Below, in pieces: positions 57,831-64,000 of a stretch of 64,000 bases of DNA; the stretch's first letter is position 1, and every line of letters starts with the position of its first letter. The translations under genes were made by a program, and so were the position numbers. The notes beneath the pieces are model-generated. The model did not search any database and was not told the DNA's origin. It saw only the letters and a list, made by a program, of their open reading frames with translations. The DNA comes from Candidatus Komeilibacteria bacterium (GTDB taxonomy: Bacteria; Patescibacteriota; Patescibacteriia; UBA1558): assembly GCA_048538235.1 (NCBI GenBank), contig JBLYPX010000001.1, forward strand, positions 8,013-72,012. The letters are read 5' to 3'.

Positions 57831-58646
57831 ATGAATAATGAAAAAGGTTTTATTTCCACACTAATATTAATAGTTTCTTTTGTATTAGTCGTTGGAGTAG
57901 TTGGAGGGGCAATTTATCTAGACTCAACCAGTAGTTGGGATAAAATAGGGTTAAAAATGGAAGATGATACAGAAATGGTAGATAATGCAGAACCAGCTGT
58001 AGATGAGAATCAAGCGGGTCAAGAAATAGCTTTTGTTACCTATCAGAGTCCTGATCAGCTTTATGAAATACAGATACCAGATTTTTGGACTGGTGAAGAA
58101 AGGGCTGGTGCCGCTATTTTCTATAGCTATAATCCAGCAGATGGACAACCTGAACAAAGAGCTAAAATTGAAATAGGCAGAGTTCAGAACACAGACATGC
58201 TACCTACAGCAGATTGGCTAGAGGCTAATGAAATAGATGCTACCACTGCCCAGCAAGCTGTTTTTGGAAATATTCAAGGTGCTATGGTCTTAGAAGATAA
58301 TACAGAAACAAATCCTGGAGATATTAAGTCAGTTATATACATGCCAGTAAACGATATTGTTTTGGTAGTTACGGCTGAGAGCTTTGGTGGAACAAGAGAT
58401 GTGGCAGTACAATTTTTTAACGCTATTTTAAATAGTTGGAAATGGAATGGAGAAGTTACTTCACCAGAGCCAGCTGTAGATGAAGAGATGGCTGCAGATG
58501 AGAATGCTGATGATATGGCCATGGAAGAGGGTATGGGAGAAGAAACTGTAAATGAAGAGACTGGGGAAGTCATGCCAGAAGGAGATGTAGAACAGGCTCC
58601 AGATGAAACTACTCCTGAAGTACCAGCCGAAGAAATACTTGAGTAA
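57831..58646 (+). CDS. secreted/anchored acidic protein, hypothetical
   Basis: N-terminal signal-anchor, highly acidic C-terminal tail. Confidence 0.4.
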   Translation: MNNEKGFISTLILIVSFVLVVGVVGGAIYLDSTSSWDKIGLKMEDDTEMVDNAEPAVDENQAGQEIAFVTYQSPDQLYEIQIPDFWTGEERAGAAIFYSYNPADGQPEQRAKIEIGRVQNTDMLPTADWLEANEIDATTAQQAVFGNIQGAMVLEDNTETNPGDIKSVIYMPVNDIVLVVTAESFGGTRDVAVQFFNAILNSWKWNGEVTSPEPAVDEEMAADENADDMAMEEGMGEETVNEETGEVMPEGDVEQAPDETTPEVPAEEILE

Positions 58647-58714
58647 ATATTTAATTTGTATTTTGTCCCGCCTTAGTCTTTTAGATTTAAGCGGGACATT
58701 TTTTTACTAGAATT

Positions 58715-59491
58715 ATGGCAGATAAATTAGTTTTAGATTTAGAGACGAAAAAATCATTCGATGAAGTTGGTGGTCAACAGAATGCCCACTTATTAGAGAT
58801 ATCTGTTGTAGGTGTTTATTCTTATGATAGAGATGAATACAGGACATTTAAAGAATCTGACTTTGCTGAATTGGAAGATTGGTTAAAAAAAGCTGGTCTT
58901 GTTATTGGCTTTAATAGTAAGAGTTTTGACTTTGCGGTTTTACAACCATATTTTAGATGGAAGTTAGATAGAGTGCCACATTTAGATATACTAGAGGAAA
59001 TTGTTCACGCTAGAGGTCATCGTTTAAAATTGGAATCGGTTGCAACCACAACCTTAGGTGAAGGAAAGTCAGGTTCAGGACTTGATGCTATTTGGTATTA
59101 CAGAAACCAAGAATGGGAGAAGCTTATTAAATATTGTTTAGATGATGTTAGGGTAACAAAAGATGTCTATGAATACGGATTAAGACATGGGCATATTTGG
59201 TTTACAGACAGGGGTCAAAAAACAGCTATTCCTGTTAGATGGGCAGAAGATCAAAAGATTAAAGATATTCTTGAAGAAGCATTAAAATTTGGTCACAAAT
59301 TAACTATAGATTATCTAGGCAAAGGAGAGGAGAAAAGAACCACCAAAGAAATAGATGTTAAAGAGATGGTGGGAGATAAATTAAAAGCTTTTGATCACCA
59401 ATCTGGTCTTAATAAGGAATTTAGTATAGATAGAATATTTAATGTTGATGTAATGGGAACTGCGGATTCCTTTCAAGAGAAATTAATATAG
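58715..59491 (+). CDS. DEDDy-type 3'-5' exonuclease domain protein
   Basis: LVLDLET (Exo I), GFNSKSFDFAVL (Exo II), YCLDDV (Exo III, YxxxD); bidirectional terminator acacccac-gagtag-tgggtgt at ~59502..59530. Confidence 0.45.
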   Translation: MADKLVLDLETKKSFDEVGGQQNAHLLEISVVGVYSYDRDEYRTFKESDFAELEDWLKKAGLVIGFNSKSFDFAVLQPYFRWKLDRVPHLDILEEIVHARGHRLKLESVATTTLGEGKSGSGLDAIWYYRNQEWEKLIKYCLDDVRVTKDVYEYGLRHGHIWFTDRGQKTAIPVRWAEDQKIKDILEEALKFGHKLTIDYLGKGEEKRTTKEIDVKEMVGDKLKAFDHQSGLNKEFSIDRIFNVDVMGTADSFQEKLI

Positions 59492-59535
59492 TATATTAAA
59501 AAACACCCACGAGTAGTGGGTGTTTTTATTTATAA

Positions 59536-60360
59536 TTATTTTGCAAGTTTTACAGAATTTTTAAGAAGCATAGCAATAGTCATTGGGCCAACTCCACCAG
59601 GCACTGGTGTTATGTGAGAACATTTGTCACAGACGCTTTCAAAATCTACATCACCAACAGTGGTGTTTTTTGTTAACCTATTAGTACCAACATCTATTAT
59701 TATTGCATCTTGCTTAATATTATCTTCAGTTATTAATAGTGGTTGACCAACAGCTGTTATTAAAACATCAGCATTTTTTATTTTTTTAGACCATTCAGAA
59801 TCACTAAGGTGAGTGTGTTCAACTTTTAAATTCTGGTTAATAAAATATTTCTCTAATGGTTCAGCAAATTCATCGCTATTGGCTAAAATACAAATTTGTT
59901 TGTCTGTTAAATCTGTTTCGGTGCTAGTAAGTAGAATATTAATACCTTCATTAAGGCCCGGTAAGAAGTTTGTTTCACCCTCAATGTATTTCTTTATATT
60001 ATCTGGATGAAAACCATCAACATCTTTTTTAGGATCAATTGAAGCTATTATTTTCTTTGTATCTAATTCTTTAGGCAATGGTAGTTGTACTAGAATAGCA
60101 TTAATATCTTCATCTTTATTTAGGAATTCAATAGCCTCTATTACTTCTTCAGTGGTAACATTATCTGGAAATTTATATAGATGAAAACCAATACCTACTT
60201 TATCGCAAGCTTTCTTCTTTAATTTAACATAGAGTTGTGAAGCTGCGTCATTACCAATTAGAATAACAGCCAAATTAACTTTAAGCCTATTACTCTTAAT
60301 ATCTTCCGCTACTTGTTCAGTAATTTCCTCAGCTATTTTTTTACCGTCAATTATTTCCAT
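59536..60360 (-). CDS. folD: bifunctional methylenetetrahydrofolate dehydrogenase / methenyl-THF cyclohydrolase
   Basis: QLYVKLKKKACDKVG, DVDGFHP, PVPGGVGPMTIAML motifs. Confidence 0.9.
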   Translation of the reverse strand: MEIIDGKKIAEEITEQVAEDIKSNRLKVNLAVILIGNDAASQLYVKLKKKACDKVGIGFHLYKFPDNVTTEEVIEAIEFLNKDEDINAILVQLPLPKELDTKKIIASIDPKKDVDGFHPDNIKKYIEGETNFLPGLNEGINILLTSTETDLTDKQICILANSDEFAEPLEKYFINQNLKVEHTHLSDSEWSKKIKNADVLITAVGQPLLITEDNIKQDAIIIDVGTNRLTKNTTVGDVDFESVCDKCSHITPVPGGVGPMTIAMLLKNSVKLAK

Positions 60361-61640
60361 TATATTTCTAGATTAGGATAAAGAGGGAATTGTTCTGTAA
60401 TCTCTTTAACCTTTGTTCTAACTTCCTCTTTAATTTTATCATCATTAATATTCTTTAAAACAGAGACTATCATTTGTCCAACTTGTTCCATTTCATTTTC
60501 TTTAAGACCTCGACTAGTTAAAGCAGCAGTACCTAAACGAATACCAGATGGATCGGTTGGCTTTCTCTTGTCAAAAGGAACCATATTCTTATTAGTGTAT
60601 ATACCAACATTATCTAAAGCTGTTTCTACTTCTTTACCAGATACATTTAAATTGCTTAAATCTAGTAATAGCAGATGATTGTCTGTTCCGCCAGAAACCA
60701 TAGTAATATCATTTTCTTTAAAAACTTTTTCTAAAGCTTTAGCATTTTTAACGACTTGCTTTTGGTATTCAATAAATTCTGGTTGCAAAGCTTCTTGGAA
60801 AGAAACTGCTTTGGCTGCAATCATATGGTCAAGTGGACCACCTTGCATACCAGGAAATACAGCTGAGTCAATTTTTTGAGCAAGGTTCTTTTTATCTTCT
60901 GGGTGTAATCTATCTTCTTGTTTGCAAAGAATCATAGCCCCTCTTGGACCTCTTAATGTTTTATGTGTAGTGGTTGTTACAATGTCTGCATAAGGAATTG
61001 GATCTGGATGAATTTTGGCAGCCACCAGTCCAGCAATGTGAGCCATGTCTACCATAAGGTAAGCACCAACTTCATCTGCAATTTCTCTAAACGCTTTAAA
61101 ATCTATAGCTCTTGGATAAGCAGAAGCACCAGCTAAGATTAGCTTTGGTTTCTTATCTATGGCAATTTTTCTAACCTCATCCATATTTATTAAATGAGTT
61201 TGAGGATCTACGCCATAATGGACTACATTGTAGAATTTACCAGAGAAGCTAACAGGGTGTCCGTGTGTTAAATGACCACCAGCACTAAGATCCATAGCTA
61301 GAATAGTGTCTCCAAGCTCTAATATGGCAAAATATGCCTCCATATTAGCTTGACTGCCAGCATGGGGTTGAACATTGGCATGTTCAGCATTAAATAGCTG
61401 CTTAGCCCTATCTCTTGCTAGGTCCTCACACTGATCAATATATTCATTACCACCATAATATCTTTTATGTGGATAGCCTTCAGAGTATTTATTTGTCAAT
61501 GGCGTTCCCATTGTTTCAAGTACAGCCTCAGATACAAAGTTCTCAGAAGCAATCATTTCTAAACCATCTCTCTGTCTTTTTAGTTCGTTCTTTATTGATT
61601 CGTATATTTGAGAATCTGTATTGTTTAAATTTTTCAACAT
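60360..61640 (-). CDS. glyA: serine hydroxymethyltransferase
   Basis: [28 protein letters not shown] (PLP lysine) motifs. Confidence 0.9.
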   Translation of the reverse strand: MLKNLNNTDSQIYESIKNELKRQRDGLEMIASENFVSEAVLETMGTPLTNKYSEGYPHKRYYGGNEYIDQCEDLARDRAKQLFNAEHANVQPHAGSQANMEAYFAILELGDTILAMDLSAGGHLTHGHPVSFSGKFYNVVHYGVDPQTHLINMDEVRKIAIDKKPKLILAGASAYPRAIDFKAFREIADEVGAYLMVDMAHIAGLVAAKIHPDPIPYADIVTTTTHKTLRGPRGAMILCKQEDRLHPEDKKNLAQKIDSAVFPGMQGGPLDHMIAAKAVSFQEALQPEFIEYQKQVVKNAKALEKVFKENDITMVSGGTDNHLLLLDLSNLNVSGKEVETALDNVGIYTNKNMVPFDKRKPTDPSGIRLGTAALTSRGLKENEMEQVGQMIVSVLKNINDDKIKEEVRTKVKEITEQFPLYPNLEI

Positions 61641-61780
61641 ATGATTATTTATTAGTAAATAAAAAACCTTAACATAGCATAAGTCTACTATAAAGTAGAC
61701 AGATTGTTAAGGTCTCCAACCTATTTTTTATTTATGTTCTAGAGAAATATATATCATATATACTTTTTACTATAATTTCA

Positions 61781-63376
61781 CTACTTAGTCAATTTCTTAG
61801 TCATATATGTACCTTCTAGTTTATACCCTAGCTTTTTATAATATTCTCTGACGCCAATTCCAGAAATAACAGCTACTTTATTAAGTTTGTGTTTCTTGGT
61901 TATCTCCTCAGCCTTTAACATTAGTTTTTTACCCAGTCCCATATGTTGAGCCTTACCGATTTCTTCATCACTATTCTCTCCATAAACTGGTGTCATTTGT
62001 CCATAAACATGAAGTTCTCTAACCAACGATGAGTTTTCTAATTCAGGAAATATGTTTTTACTATTATCATTTATTCTTAATCTTAAGAAGCCATAAATTG
62101 TTTTTTTATCACTTGATTCATAACTCAAGAAATACTCAGTACCATCAGAGGCTGGATATTGTCTAACAATTAGTTTTGCCTTACCAACTTTTTTAATTTT
62201 AGATCTGGCTTCTCTGCAACGTAAACAATTACATTCAAGTCCGCGCTTTCTCATTTCCATTTGTAGTAGTTGTCTAAGATTGGTAATTTCATTACCGGCT
62301 TCAATACTTTCTTTAGGTATATCTCTTATTAATCTATTGATTCTAATCCAAGGAGGAGTAATAGTCTTAACTTTAATTAATAATTCTTTTAATTGTTTAT
62401 CTGAATATGGTTTGTATTTACCAGATTGGAACCATCTGTACAAAGGAGCATATTCATTAACAACACAAGGATATATTTTAATTTGATCAGGGGCTAAGTC
62501 TGGAGATGAATAAATATATTCAAACATTTTTAAGTCTTTAGCTGGTGTTGAACCTGGTAAATCTGGCATATAGTGATGGTCTACTTTTAGACCAACCTGT
62601 TTCAACTGTTTTGTTGCTTTAATAGATTCTTCAATAGTATGGCCACGATTAATATATTTTAGTATTTTATTATCTGTATGCTGAACTCCTAACTGCACCC
62701 TAGTACAACCAAGCTCTCTCATTCTTTTAATCTCTTTTTTATCTATTAAATCTGGTCTAGTTTCTAATGTTAAACCAATTATTTTATATTTTGTGTTCTC
62801 ATTTATCTTTTGTTCTTTAGCTAGTCCCTTGTAGGCTCTATTTTTTTTACCAAAAGTATTACAAGCTTGGAATAATCTACCAATGAACCAAGTTTGGTAT
62901 GCTTTTGGATAGGCAGACCAAGAGCCGCCCAACACTAATATCTCAATTTTATCTACCGCGTGTCCATTAGCCTCCAGAGCTGTTATTCTTTGTGTTACTT
63001 GATTAAATGGATTAAAAGCATTACGCACAGCTCTTTGTGCAGCTGGTTCATTAGATAAATAGCTTTTAGGCATATTAGGTTCAGCTGGACAATATACACA
63101 TCCTCCAGGACAAGGGAAAGGTTTTGTTAAAACAGTTATAACACTAACGCCAGATAATGTACGAACTGGTCCTTTGATTAAGAACTGTTCTAAGTTAATA
63201 TTTTTCTTTATTTTCTTTGTTTTTAACAATTGACGATAGGTTGAAAGTAAAGTAGCATTAGAGGGAGGAGTAAGGTTTAAAGAATTACAGACTTTTCTTT
63301 TCACATTCAAAAAATCTGCTTGGTTTGCAGGTTTTTCCTTAAGGAGTTTAATTATTACTTTTTGTAAATCTGACAT
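61781..63376 (-). CDS. Elp3-family radical SAM / GNAT acetyltransferase (tRNA wobble-uridine modification enzyme homolog)
   Basis: Radical SAM cluster motif CPGGCVYCP (Cx4Cx2C as in Elp3), TIM-barrel region, C-terminal GNAT motif (QHMGLGKKLMLKAEEI). Confidence 0.75.
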   Translation of the reverse strand: MSDLQKVIIKLLKEKPANQADFLNVKRKVCNSLNLTPPSNATLLSTYRQLLKTKKIKKNINLEQFLIKGPVRTLSGVSVITVLTKPFPCPGGCVYCPAEPNMPKSYLSNEPAAQRAVRNAFNPFNQVTQRITALEANGHAVDKIEILVLGGSWSAYPKAYQTWFIGRLFQACNTFGKKNRAYKGLAKEQKINENTKYKIIGLTLETRPDLIDKKEIKRMRELGCTRVQLGVQHTDNKILKYINRGHTIEESIKATKQLKQVGLKVDHHYMPDLPGSTPAKDLKMFEYIYSSPDLAPDQIKIYPCVVNEYAPLYRWFQSGKYKPYSDKQLKELLIKVKTITPPWIRINRLIRDIPKESIEAGNEITNLRQLLQMEMRKRGLECNCLRCREARSKIKKVGKAKLIVRQYPASDGTEYFLSYESSDKKTIYGFLRLRINDNSKNIFPELENSSLVRELHVYGQMTPVYGENSDEEIGKAQHMGLGKKLMLKAEEITKKHKLNKVAVISGIGVREYYKKLGYKLEGTYMTKKLTK

Positions 63377-63377
63377 T

Positions 63378-64000
63378 ATGCGAAAAGATTTAAAAGAAAA
63401 TTTATTAAAAAAAGTTAGTGATGAATATGATTATTTAGCTGACCAATTTTCACTTACTAGACAACGTCAATGGGGTGATACAGAATTCTTAGCCTCGTAT
63501 GTAAAAGAGGGAGATAGTATTGTAGACTGGGGTTGTGGTAATGGAAGATTATATGGTCTGTTTGTAAATAGCAATATTTCCTATCTAGGTATAGACAATT
63601 GTAGGGGATTGATTGAAAAAGCGCAAGAGAAGTACCCAGATATTAATTGGCAAGTAGGTTCAGATATTCCATACAATTCTTATGATAAAATATTCGCAAT
63701 TGCTTCTTGGCATCATTTACCAGGTGAAGAATTAAGGTTACAGAAATTGAAAGAATTTAATGAAAGGTTAAAAGATGGTGGTTATCTATTATTAACAACT
63801 TGGAACTTAAGGCAAAAGAAATATTTCTGGCTATGGTTTAGAAATAATATACGTAACATATTTAGTGGCTATGATTGGAATGATGTTTTAGTACCATGGA
63901 AGTCAAGAGAAAAAGTTATTTACAGGTATTACCATAGTATTTCTAAAAGACGGTTGATAAAATTTGTTAAGGAAGCTGGGTTTGAAATTGAAAAATGTTA
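63378..64000 (+). CDS. class I SAM-dependent methyltransferase (3' end beyond window)
   Basis: Motif I VDWGCGNGRL, motif post-I GIDNC, motif II FAIASWHH; ORF runs to window edge. Confidence 0.55.
   Translation, partial: MRKDLKENLLKKVSDEYDYLADQFSLTRQRQWGDTEFLASYVKEGDSIVDWGCGNGRLYGLFVNSNISYLGIDNCRGLIEKAQEKYPDINWQVGSDIPYNSYDKIFAIASWHHLPGEELRLQKLKEFNERLKDGGYLLLTTWNLRQKKYFWLWFRNNIRNIFSGYDWNDVLVPWKSREKVIYRYYHSISKRRLIKFVKEAGFEIEKC

Noticed and set aside
1-64000. CRISPR array, rRNA genes, transposases/integrases
   Set aside because: No regularly spaced short direct repeats, no rRNA-like conserved stretches and no transposase/integrase-like ORFs were seen on either strand. The only long direct repeat is the DGR VR/TR pair.

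Overview
This 64 kb window is a low-GC (roughly one-third GC by eye), gene-dense bacterial chromosome segment. The gene content suggests a CPR/Patescibacteria-like organism, but that is an inference. The main discovery is a complete diversity-generating retroelement (DGR) at ~22.4-25.3 kb. It comprises a target gene whose C-terminal 120 bp variable repeat (VR, 23194..23313) differs from a downstream template repeat (TR, 23758..23877) at exactly 10 positions, all adenines in the TR. It also has a hairpin just after the VR, an Avd-like four-helix-bundle gene (minus strand) and a DGR-type reverse transcriptase (YxDD; IGNLTSQ motif). Most of the rest is housekeeping: infB-rbfA-nrnA, clpP, rny-ymdB, hup, ruvB, uvrD/pcrA, glyA-folD, queH-queA, ychF, pilT, pepA, iscS-iscU with a Fur-family regulator, B12-dependent class II RNR with a cobalamin adenosyltransferase, HPF, hpt, tRNA-Lys(CTT) and tRNA-Arg(TCG). 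Other notable content: a copper-handling cluster (DsbA-like, DUF411, a His/Met/Cys-rich protein, CopA P-type ATPase); an ECF sigma factor module with a Met-rich secreted protein; a pyrimidine-dimer glycosylase (endoV-like) fused in operon with exonuclease III; archaeal/eukaryote-like proteins (SET domain, translin, Elp3, Hef/ERCC4-type helicase); several distinctly higher-GC orphan genes (possible horizontal acquisitions); and a structured ~540 bp noncoding region (52.1-52.64 kb) with an anti-SD mimic, small basic ORFs and terminator hairpins. No CRISPR array, rRNA or obvious transposase was seen. Start coordinates are from manual inspection and several are approximate.
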